This document shows positions 31,451 to 39,525 of a stretch of DNA of 64,000 bases, piece by piece. The notes beneath the pieces are model-generated. The model saw only the letters and a program-made list of their open reading frames with translations. It was not told the DNA's origin and searched no databases. The DNA comes from an uncultured Aliarcobacter sp. (GTDB lineage Bacteria; Campylobacterota; Campylobacteria; Campylobacterales; Arcobacteraceae): positions 2,144,001-2,208,000 of the forward strand of contig OY781945.1 in the NCBI GenBank assembly GCA_963677435.1. The letters are read 5' to 3'. A program made the translations under genes and the position numbers. Position 1 is the stretch's first letter, and each line of letters starts with the position of its first letter.

Positions 31451-33084
31451 TGCTTATCTTCTTTTATATTTAAGATTTCTATTGCTTTATTATAGTTTTT
31501 TTCATCTCCATAAAAATACTCTTCAAGTAATGGTTGGATTTTGTATTTTTTCACAAACTCTAAATCATCTTCATTTTCTACCTTCATAAAGTAACTGTGC
31601 CCTAGTTTATAATCTTCATTTATTGTTTCTGAAATATGTTCATTTATTTTTTCAAATAATTCTTTTGCAATTTCTGGAACTAAATCTAAATTTGGCTTCA
31701 TCTTTAAAAATGTAAATCTTCTTCTTAAAGCTATATCAATAGTTGCAATAGATTTATCAGTTGAGTTCATAGTAGCAATGATATATAAATTTGATGGAAT
31801 TTGAAACTTCTCTTTTGAGTATGGAAGTGTTACTTCATATGTATCTCTTTTATCTTCTTCTATAAGGGTGATAAGTTCTCCAAAGATTTTAGAGATATTT
31901 CCTCTGTTTATTTCGTCTATTACTATATAGAAGTTTTTTTCTTTTTCTTCTATGCCTTTTTTGTTTTCATTAATTATTTCAACAATCTTTTTACCGATTG
32001 GATAATATAACCCACCTAAAGAGATAGTATCTTTTTTAACATCTAAGTTTTTTATATCACTTGGTTTTTGAACTTCATTATTCAATATAGCTTGAACAAC
32101 TGTTTCTAAATCTGATTTCTTAACATATTGAGTATCTTTTGCATTTGATGATTGAACTTTTATAGTTTTATCTTTAAATTCATGAATAAGTATTTCAACA
32201 TTAGAAACACTAAATATTTTATCTAATTCATTTTCTATATATTTAGTTCTTAATATATCAAAAGCTTCATCAAAAGAAATATGTTGATATATTGTTTCTT
32301 TGATTTGATTTTTTGCTTTATTACATAATAGTTTAAATATACCATCTTCTAATTCTATATGACTATTCTCACTAGGTCTAAAACCTTCAATAAAATCTTC
32401 ATAAGAGTAGCTTTGATGAAAAGTTACAAACTCTATTCTTTTTTCTTTTTTTATATCTTCAAAAATTGAATTATTAAAATCATTTGTAGTTTCATTTTTA
32501 GAGATAAAATCAAAAATAGTTTTTTCATCATTACCCTCTTCTATCATAGTAATTAATCGTTTATAGTTATGAGTTTTACCAACACCTGGTGCACCATAAA
32601 GCATTATATTTTTTGTTTTCATATTATTCTCTTTCATTGTAGAAATATTTTTAACTTCTTCTTTATGAAGTATTTTCTCAAAATTATCTATATTCTCATT
32701 TAATTTATCAATTAATGAATCAATTTGTTTGCTTTCAAATAGAGTAGATTTATATTTTTCTATTTGATTTGTTATATCTTGACTAATTTCGGGTTGATTC
32801 TCTCTTGAAATTCCTAAACCCGTTTCCAATTTATTTTTATCATAAATATAGCTGATAAATGGATATACACCTTTATTTGTCATTTGTCCATCTTTTAAAA
32901 ATGTTATATAAGGATATTTAGGAAGTATTAATCTTTTTCCTTTCCCAAATGCAATATTTAGTTCATAACCTCTATAATTTAATTCTAAATCTTGAATAAA
33001 ATTGTTATTCCAAACATTATCAGAATTATCCCATCTTTCTAAAAATATATTAATTATTTTTTTTAAATTATCTTTTTCATTCAT
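31447..33084 (-). CDS. mcrB: McrB family AAA+ GTPase with an E. coli McrB-N (DUF3578)-like N-terminal domain
   Basis: GAPGVGKT, FVTFHQSYSYEDFIEG, IDEINRGNISKIFGELITLIE, TMNSTDKS (NxxD), ALRRRF, GHSYF. Confidence 0.92.
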   Translation of the reverse strand: MNEKDNLKKIINIFLERWDNSDNVWNNNFIQDLELNYRGYELNIAFGKGKRLILPKYPYITFLKDGQMTNKGVYPFISYIYDKNKLETGLGISRENQPEISQDITNQIEKYKSTLFESKQIDSLIDKLNENIDNFEKILHKEEVKNISTMKENNMKTKNIMLYGAPGVGKTHNYKRLITMIEEGNDEKTIFDFISKNETTNDFNNSIFEDIKKEKRIEFVTFHQSYSYEDFIEGFRPSENSHIELEDGIFKLLCNKAKNQIKETIYQHISFDEAFDILRTKYIENELDKIFSVSNVEILIHEFKDKTIKVQSSNAKDTQYVKKSDLETVVQAILNNEVQKPSDIKNLDVKKDTISLGGLYYPIGKKIVEIINENKKGIEEKEKNFYIVIDEINRGNISKIFGELITLIEEDKRDTYEVTLPYSKEKFQIPSNLYIIATMNSTDKSIATIDIALRRRFTFLKMKPNLDLVPEIAKELFEKINEHISETINEDYKLGHSYFMKVENEDDLEFVKKYKIQPLLEEYFYGDEKNYNKAIEILNIKEDKQ

Positions 33085-34229
33085 AATATTCCCTTTACTC
33101 TTTTTCTAATTTCATCAATATACTCTTTATAATCATTTCCCATAAAATTCAAATCAATACTTCTTATTTTTAATTCTACTTTTTTATCATCTTTACCTAA
33201 AACTAAATCATATTTTATTTCATCTAAATGTCTAGGATACAAAAGTATCACATTATCAACTCCATAATTTACACGATAAGCAAAGGCTTGGAGTTTATCA
33301 CTTTGTTTTATATCTTCTATTGATTTGATTTTTTTATATTTTGTATCTATTATTTGGTTTTGTAGTATTATATCTGGCTTTAATATCAAATCATTGAAAT
33401 TATCTTGATTTTGTATTTTTGCATTTTCATCTAACTCTTTTACAATTCTAGCTATAAACTTCTCAAACAATATATTCATATCAAACAAAAAAGCGAATGA
33501 TTTTTTATCTTGACTAAACAATGGAATTGATTGCTTCAAAAGTAAAATTGCGATTTCAAAGCTGGTTTTGAATCTTTGATTTAATCTATTAAAATAAATC
33601 CTATCTAATTTATTTATATCTAATGACTTATCTTCAACCTCATCAAATATTAGTTCGCACTGTTTTAAAAGCTTTTTATCTTTTACAAACTTTTGAAGAT
33701 ATTTTATTGCATATAGAAAAAATTGATTTAGACTATTATTTGGACTGAATTCATCATATTCACAATAGATTTTATTTTTTGTGAAGTTATATTTTAGATT
33801 TTCATTTATTAGATATTTTCCTTTTAGAACTGGAAGATTATCTTGTTGGGTGATATACTCTTTGTATATACCTTTTTTTAATTCATTTAAAAGATTTGAT
33901 GCAAACATTTGAACAAATACTTCTAAGATAGAGTGCTCTTGATTTTGACAAGAGGCTATTTGTTCATTTGATAGATTTATATTATAAGCATACATCAACA
34001 TGTAGATAAATATATTTAGATTTTGTTCATCATTATGATTCGCAATTTTGGGCAAGATATAAAAATCTTGTTTATTAAAATTTAAAATTCCACAATATTG
34101 TCTAGCTTTTAGTGTTTTCCAATCAAGTTTAAAATATTTATGAAGAGATGAATTTTCTATAATGTGTATTTTTAACTCTTTATAGTTTTCTTCTTTTATC
34201 TCTTCATATTCATATATTATATTTGGCAT
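33081..34229 (-). CDS. mcrC: McrC family modification-dependent restriction nuclease
   Basis: ILPKI, LKGK, CEYDEFS.NN.LNQ, FDMNILFEKF, KPDI...IDTKYK (PD-D/ExK), D..Q..AY, LLYP. Confidence 0.92.
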   Translation of the reverse strand: MPNIIYEYEEIKEENYKELKIHIIENSSLHKYFKLDWKTLKARQYCGILNFNKQDFYILPKIANHNDEQNLNIFIYMLMYAYNINLSNEQIASCQNQEHSILEVFVQMFASNLLNELKKGIYKEYITQQDNLPVLKGKYLINENLKYNFTKNKIYCEYDEFSPNNSLNQFFLYAIKYLQKFVKDKKLLKQCELIFDEVEDKSLDINKLDRIYFNRLNQRFKTSFEIAILLLKQSIPLFSQDKKSFAFLFDMNILFEKFIARIVKELDENAKIQNQDNFNDLILKPDIILQNQIIDTKYKKIKSIEDIKQSDKLQAFAYRVNYGVDNVILLYPRHLDEIKYDLVLGKDDKKVELKIRSIDLNFMGNDYKEYIDEIRKRVKGIL

Positions 34230-34234
34230 TATTA

Positions 34235-34240
34235 ATTATA
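34235..34240 (-). promoter_or_regulatory. -10 box directly upstream of mcrC (possible leaderless promoter)
   Basis: Minus strand reads TATAAT-taata-ATG with no Shine-Dalgarno. Confidence 0.45.
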
Positions 34241-34262
34241 TACTTATTCTTTCTTTTATTTT

Positions 34263-35141
34263 TTACTCGTAATATTTACAAATAGCTTGTGTTCCTAAAT
34301 CGCCATCGCCATTTTTTTCTAATGTCTCATACATTTCCAATACATCTTTTAATACTTTTAGAGTTGGAACTTCTTCATTTGCTATTTTCAAATCTTTAAC
34401 CATATGCTTGATATAAAAACCTGCTTTAAAATCTCTTTGATTCATTTTTGGAGCTGTATTTGTCATATGAAAACTTGAAGCAGAACCATTACTAATACTT
34501 CTTAACATAGTTTCTATATCTAATCCAACTTTTTTTCCATAAGTTATAGCTTCACTAATTCCTGCCATGATTCCAGCAATCGCTATTTGGTTTGCCATTT
34601 TTGTATGTTGTCCACTTCCTGATTTTCCTTCATAGATAATAGTTGTACCTAAGGCTTCAAAAATATCTTTACAAGCATTAAAATCTTCTTCATCTCCACC
34701 AACCATAATAGATAGAGTTGCATTTTTAGCACCTCCTTCTCCACCAGAAACAGGAGCATCTAAAAACTTCAATTCTTTCTCTTTTGCAATATTATAAATA
34801 TCAATTATTAGATTTGGACTCGTTGTTGTCATATCTATTAAATAAGTATCTTTTTTTACGCTATTTAAAATACCTTTTTGTGATAAGTATATCTCTTCCA
34901 CATCTTTTGGGTAACCAACTATTGTTATTACTACATCTTTATCTTCTACACAAGATTGAATACTTTCACGAAAAACTGCACCAGCTTCTAGTATATCTTC
35001 AATCTTTTGTTTATCTCTTGCATAAACATCTACTTCAAATCCTTTTTTCATTAGATTTAAAATCATTGATTTACCCATTACACCTGCGCCTATAAAACCT
35101 ATTTTTTTACCTACAAGTAGGATTTCACTTTGCTTCATCAT
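34263..35141 (-). CDS. NAD(P)-dependent oxidoreductase, 3-hydroxyisobutyrate dehydrogenase family
   Basis: IGFIGAGVMG, IDMTT, LDAPVSGG, IMVGGD, GQHTKMANQ. Confidence 0.92.
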   Translation of the reverse strand: MMKQSEILLVGKKIGFIGAGVMGKSMILNLMKKGFEVDVYARDKQKIEDILEAGAVFRESIQSCVEDKDVVITIVGYPKDVEEIYLSQKGILNSVKKDTYLIDMTTTSPNLIIDIYNIAKEKELKFLDAPVSGGEGGAKNATLSIMVGGDEEDFNACKDIFEALGTTIIYEGKSGSGQHTKMANQIAIAGIMAGISEAITYGKKVGLDIETMLRSISNGSASSFHMTNTAPKMNQRDFKAGFYIKHMVKDLKIANEEVPTLKVLKDVLEMYETLEKNGDGDLGTQAICKYYE

Positions 35142-35188
35142 TTTATAACCTTATGTGTGTTTTATAAAAGTAATCAGTTTACTCTTTT

Positions 35189-36313
35189 CTATAAAAGATT
35201 ACCATATTTATAATAAGCACTACAAGCACCTTCGCTACTTACCATACAAGAACCAATTGGATTTGTTGGTGTACAAAGTGTTCCAAAAATTTTACAGTCG
35301 TGTGGTTTTGCTATTCCTTTTAGAATATCTGGACATCTACAAGCTTTGTTGTCTTTTACTTCTTTTGTGGGAAGAATTTCTTTATATACTATTTTTGCAT
35401 TGAATTTATCGTATTCTTCTTTTAGTTCATATCCACTATTTTCAACTGTTCCTATTCCTCTGAATTTAAAAGGAACTTTTTTGAAGTATTTATTCATTAA
35501 CTCTTGGGCTTTTATATTTCCATCATATGAAACAAGTCTTTTATACTCTACTTCTAGGTCACTTCTTTTTTCTTTGAACTGTTTTACTATCATAAAGATT
35601 GATTGCATCACATCAACTGGTTCAAAACCTGCCACAACTACTGGTTTATTATAAGTCAAAGGAAACTCTTCATATATCTTACTTCCACTAATAACACTCA
35701 CATGTGATGGGCCTAAAAAAGCATCTATTTTACAATCACTACTTTGCACTAATACTTGCATAACTTCTGGAACTGTTATATGGTTTATATGAAAAAGTAT
35801 ATTTGTAATATTGTGTTTTATTACTTGTTCAAGTAATGCACAAGTCATTGGAGTTGTTGTTTCAAATCCTATTGCAAAAAAGACTACTGTTTTATTTAGA
35901 TTTTCATTTGCTATTTTTATACATTCCATTGGAGAATAGACAAATCTTACATCTGCACCTTGGCTTCTTGCATTTTGTAAACTTCCCTTACTTCCTGGAA
36001 CTTTTATCATATCGCCTAGAGTTACAAGTATTACATCTTCTTGTAAACTTAACTCATAAGCACTATCGATTCTCTCTTTTGGCATTACACAAACAGGACA
36101 ACCAGGTCCATGTATGAAGTTTATTTTTTTATTTATTAGTTGTGGAATTCCATACTTCATAATAGTGTGGGTATGTCCTCCACAAACTTCCATGATGTTT
36201 ATAATTCCATCATAATCTTTTAGATCTTCATCAATTAGCTGTTTATATGCTTTTATGGTTTTAGCATCTCTAAAACCATCATATAAATCTTTTAGTTGTA
36301 GTTCTTTTTCCAT
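35189..36313 (-). CDS. hypD: Hydrogenase formation protein HypD
   Basis: MEVCGGHTH, GPGCPVC, IGFETT, GPSHVS, GFEP, C-terminal Cys cluster and CMVSSEGACSAYY. Confidence 0.97.
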   Translation of the reverse strand: MEKELQLKDLYDGFRDAKTIKAYKQLIDEDLKDYDGIINIMEVCGGHTHTIMKYGIPQLINKKINFIHGPGCPVCVMPKERIDSAYELSLQEDVILVTLGDMIKVPGSKGSLQNARSQGADVRFVYSPMECIKIANENLNKTVVFFAIGFETTTPMTCALLEQVIKHNITNILFHINHITVPEVMQVLVQSSDCKIDAFLGPSHVSVISGSKIYEEFPLTYNKPVVVAGFEPVDVMQSIFMIVKQFKEKRSDLEVEYKRLVSYDGNIKAQELMNKYFKKVPFKFRGIGTVENSGYELKEEYDKFNAKIVYKEILPTKEVKDNKACRCPDILKGIAKPHDCKIFGTLCTPTNPIGSCMVSSEGACSAYYKYGNLL

Positions 36314-36317
36314 GATA

Positions 36318-36599
36318 TTATCTATTTGGGCAATTATCAGATTGAGCAATTGCTTCTAATCTATCTAGTTCTTCCATCTTTTCTATAATCTCTTGGTAAA
36401 CTTTGAGGGATTCCAAAGCATCCTCTTCATTTATTTTATTCATTGCAAATCCAATATGAATTAAAACATAATCTCCAACCACTACATCTTGGTCTATTAA
36501 ATCTAAACTTGCACTTCTTTCAACTCCCATTGTGTCAACAACACAAGTGTTCATTTCAGTGTCTATACTTTTTATTTTTGAAGGAATTGATAAACACAT
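36318..36599 (-). CDS. hypC: Hydrogenase maturation chaperone HypC
   Basis: N-terminal MCLSIP and GDYVLIHIGFA motifs. Confidence 0.97.
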   Translation of the reverse strand: MCLSIPSKIKSIDTEMNTCVVDTMGVERSASLDLIDQDVVVGDYVLIHIGFAMNKINEEDALESLKVYQEIIEKMEELDRLEAIAQSDNCPNR

Positions 36600-37417
36600 T
36601 ATCTCATTCTCCTTTTAAAATTAATCCAATCAATTACATTTTGAAGTGATTGTTTATCTTTTACATTTACTTCTAATATATCTACATTTGGTTTTAGTTT
36701 TCTAGCTTCCAGCTTCTCTTTTTCAATATCATATTCAAAGTATGGAAGTAAATCTGTTTTAGTAATAAGTATCAAATCAGCACATCTAAACATAACTGGA
36801 TATTTAGCAATCTTATCCTCACCCTCAGGAACTGAAACAAGAACAATATTTAAATGAGTTCCCACATCATAAGAAGCAGGACATACAAGATTTCCAACAT
36901 TTTCCACAAAACAAACATCAATATTGTCTAACTTAATATCATGCAAACCTTTGTGAACCATAAAAGCATCTAAGTGACAAGCACTTCCTGTTTGGATTTG
37001 AACAGCTTCAATTCCTTTTGCTTTTAATCTATCCGCATCCCTTGAAGTTTCTAAGTCACCCTCAACAACTGCAAATTTAAAATCTACCATATCAGCGATA
37101 TTTTCTAAAAGTGATGTTTTTCCACTGCCAGGGCTACTCATGAGATTTATTCCTAAAACTTTGTGTGAATCAAAATGAGCTCTATTGTGTGAAGCTTCAT
37201 GGTCATTTTTATCAAGTATTTTTTTGATTATAGAGATTGTTTTTGCATCGTTTAATTGTGGATTATGATTAAGTGTTTCGTGAGCTGCTTGGTGTGTCGC
37301 ACTCCATGTCGTAGTATCATGTGGATGGTCGTGGTCATGAACCATTCCATGTTCATGGTCATCGTGATGATGGTGATGTTCTTGTCCTGCTATTGTACAA
37401 CCGCAATCTTTACACAT
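36599..37417 (-). CDS. hypB: Hydrogenase nickel incorporation GTPase HypB
   Basis: CKDCGC, His-rich tract, SSPGSGKTS, EGD, CHLDA, ENVGNLVCPA, TKTD. Confidence 0.97.
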   Translation of the reverse strand: MCKDCGCTIAGQEHHHHHDDHEHGMVHDHDHPHDTTTWSATHQAAHETLNHNPQLNDAKTISIIKKILDKNDHEASHNRAHFDSHKVLGINLMSSPGSGKTSLLENIADMVDFKFAVVEGDLETSRDADRLKAKGIEAVQIQTGSACHLDAFMVHKGLHDIKLDNIDVCFVENVGNLVCPASYDVGTHLNIVLVSVPEGEDKIAKYPVMFRCADLILITKTDLLPYFEYDIEKEKLEARKLKPNVDILEVNVKDKQSLQNVIDWINFKRRMR

Positions 37418-37434
37418 ATTATTTCCTTTTTATT

Positions 37435-37477
37435 TTAAACTATTTTGGTGAATATATATTCATTTTAAATAGTTTAA
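37435..37477. promoter_or_regulatory. Nested palindrome in the hypB/cytochrome c divergent region (operator or leader hairpin)
   Basis: ttaaactattt...tgaatatatattca...aaatagtttaa. Confidence 0.45.
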
Positions 37478-37600
37478 CTCAAAAAGTCTAAATGTCCTAT
37501 AATTTTAATTTGCAGTTAGGTGTTTTTGGAACAAATAAATTTACATAACACTAAATTAACACTTGTTAGTAATAATAGTAAATTAATTTTAGGAGAAAAA

Positions 37601-37894
37601 ATGAAAAAAATCGTATTATCTACAATATTTGTAGCAGTATCTGCTACTTATCTATCTGCTGCTTCTTTTGCAGCATGTGCTACTTGTCATGGAGCAAATG
37701 CTGAAAAAGCCGCATTAGGGAAATCTGCAATAATAAAAGGTTGGGACGAAGCTAAAACTATTGCATCTTTAAATGGTTATAAAGCTGGAACTTTAAATGT
37801 TTATGGAATGGGAGCAGTTATGAAAGGTCAAACTGCAAAATTAAATGATGCTGATATAGCTGATTTAGCAAAACAAATAGCAGCAATGGAATAA
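37601..37894 (+). CDS. Periplasmic class I cytochrome c (c-553 type)
   Basis: AGGAG Shine-Dalgarno, signal peptide, CATCH haem motif, MGAVM axial Met. Confidence 0.93.
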   Translation: MKKIVLSTIFVAVSATYLSAASFAACATCHGANAEKAALGKSAIIKGWDEAKTIASLNGYKAGTLNVYGMGAVMKGQTAKLNDADIADLAKQIAAME

Positions 37895-37900
37895 TCTTTT

Positions 37901-37958
37901 AACTAGTCAATTTTTATTGACTAGTTTTTAAGTAAATCAAAAATAATTTACTTAAAAA
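37901..37958. terminator. Tandem hairpins between convergent genes
   Basis: aactagtcaat-tttt-attgactagtt and tttttaagtaaat...atttacttaaaaa. Confidence 0.65.
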
Positions 37959-37966
37959 TAATATAG

Positions 37967-38359
37967 TTATTTAAATGAAGCTGATGTCTCTTTTAATATT
38001 GCATTTACATCTAATGCTTCACCATTATATTTAACAAGTTTTATACCTTGTGAAGTAAATGAGTTCGCTGTGTTTTTACAAGCTTTTTTAACTACTATAT
38101 AACTACACTCGCTTAAAGCTTCACCCATTTTATTATGTTGGGCAATATGTGCTTCATCATCGTGTCCATGACTGCATTCGTGGTCTTCTTCTGCGTGATC
38201 GTGGTCTATGTCTGTTCTTGGATTTTTTATTACTGAGTCTAATTTAAATGATCTAAACATTCCTGAACCTGTTAAATCATAAATTGCGAAATTTGGAGTA
38301 TGGCCTGCATTACTAAAGAATGTTAAATTCTCATCTTTTACTGGAATTGCTATTTTCAT
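37967..38359 (-). CDS. NifB/NifX (dinitrogenase FeMo-cofactor binding) fold protein with His/acidic insert
   Basis: MKIAIPV...AGHTPNFAIYD N-terminus; DHDHAEEDHECSHGHDDEAHIAQH; L.EC..IV...C. Confidence 0.7.
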   Translation of the reverse strand: MKIAIPVKDENLTFFSNAGHTPNFAIYDLTGSGMFRSFKLDSVIKNPRTDIDHDHAEEDHECSHGHDDEAHIAQHNKMGEALSECSYIVVKKACKNTANSFTSQGIKLVKYNGEALDVNAILKETSASFK

Positions 38360-38420
38360 TATATGCCTTTTTTTAGTTTATTGTAGAGTATACTCTCTTA
38401 ATTAGCTTTATATGCAATTA

Positions 38421-39449
38421 TTACTCCGTATGAATTTTATATTTTTGTTTTGCATTTTCTATTGCTTTATTGAGTCGCTTTTTAAACTCCTCTTTTGGTG
38501 GTAAAATAGTGAGATATTTAGCCACATGAATATCACTTTTTTCAAGTTCAAGTAATTCTATTTGTTCTTCATTTTTATCACTACAAAGAATGATTCCTAA
38601 AGGTGTGTTTTCATCTTCTTCTTTTTCATACTTTTCCAAATATTTTAAGTATAACTCCATTTGACCTTTATACTCTGATTTGAACTTGCCTAGTTTTAAA
38701 TCAAAAACAACCAATCTTTTTAGTTTACGATTATAAAAAAGTAAATCAATATAAAAATCATCTTCGCCAATTTGAACTCTTTTTTGTCGTGCTATAAAAG
38801 AAAGTCCCGTACCAAGCTCTAAGATGAAGTTTTCAATATCTCTTAAAATGGCATCTTCTAAATCTTTTTCTAGATATCTGTCATTGAGTTCTAAAAAATC
38901 CAAGATGTATGGGTCTTTTAAAACCATATTTGGACTCACAATGCCCTCTTTTAGTTTTTCTATTTCGTGTGTGATAAGCTCATCAGGCTTTTTTGATAGG
39001 GCTGTTCGCTCAAATAACATAGAGTCGATTCTATCTCTTAAAGTTCGTACACTCCATTTATCTAAACTACTCATTTGAGCATAAAATTCTATTTTAAGAT
39101 TATCTTCCATGGGTAATAACTCTTTAAAATGAGACCAACTTAATTGTTGCGACAGTGTAGCAATATTTTCAAAGGTAAAATATTGGGCAAATTTCATCAT
39201 TCTTGTAAAAGAAGAATAGATATACCCTTGTCCAAACTCTGCTGTCAATTTTGCAGACACTGTCTGCAGAATCTCTTTTCCATACTCTGCACGACTATTT
39301 TTCAATATATCTTCATTGATTTTAAAACCAATTTGCCAATACATCAAAGTCAAAGATGAGTTTACACTAATAGCTACTTGCTCTTTTGTAGATACTATGA
39401 GGTTTTTCAAATCCTCAAGCAAGGATTTGTTTTCAATAAACTTTTCCAT
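38421..39449 (-). CDS. YhcG/DUF1016 PD-(D/E)xK nuclease family protein
   Basis: VN..L...YWQIG, RAEYG, LSWSH, WSVRTL, KDPYILDFL, ELG.G..F.ARQKR, FYIDLLFY, GQMELYL, GIILC. Confidence 0.93.
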   Translation of the reverse strand: MEKFIENKSLLEDLKNLIVSTKEQVAISVNSSLTLMYWQIGFKINEDILKNSRAEYGKEILQTVSAKLTAEFGQGYIYSSFTRMMKFAQYFTFENIATLSQQLSWSHFKELLPMEDNLKIEFYAQMSSLDKWSVRTLRDRIDSMLFERTALSKKPDELITHEIEKLKEGIVSPNMVLKDPYILDFLELNDRYLEKDLEDAILRDIENFILELGTGLSFIARQKRVQIGEDDFYIDLLFYNRKLKRLVVFDLKLGKFKSEYKGQMELYLKYLEKYEKEEDENTPLGIILCSDKNEEQIELLELEKSDIHVAKYLTILPPKEEFKKRLNKAIENAKQKYKIHTE

Positions 39450-39525
39450 TTTGATTTCCTTTTTTGAAAATCATAACAAAAAAATTATTTATTATAAAAA
39501 ATATTACAATTTGTTATTTAAATTA

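Noticed and set aside
37310..37385. tga/tgg-rich repeat tract
   Set aside because: Encodes the His-rich nickel-binding region common in HypB.
37545..37580. NikR-like half sites (taacact twice, 11 bp apart) before the cytochrome c gene
   Set aside because: No half-site pair with 15-bp spacing; short AT-rich repeat.
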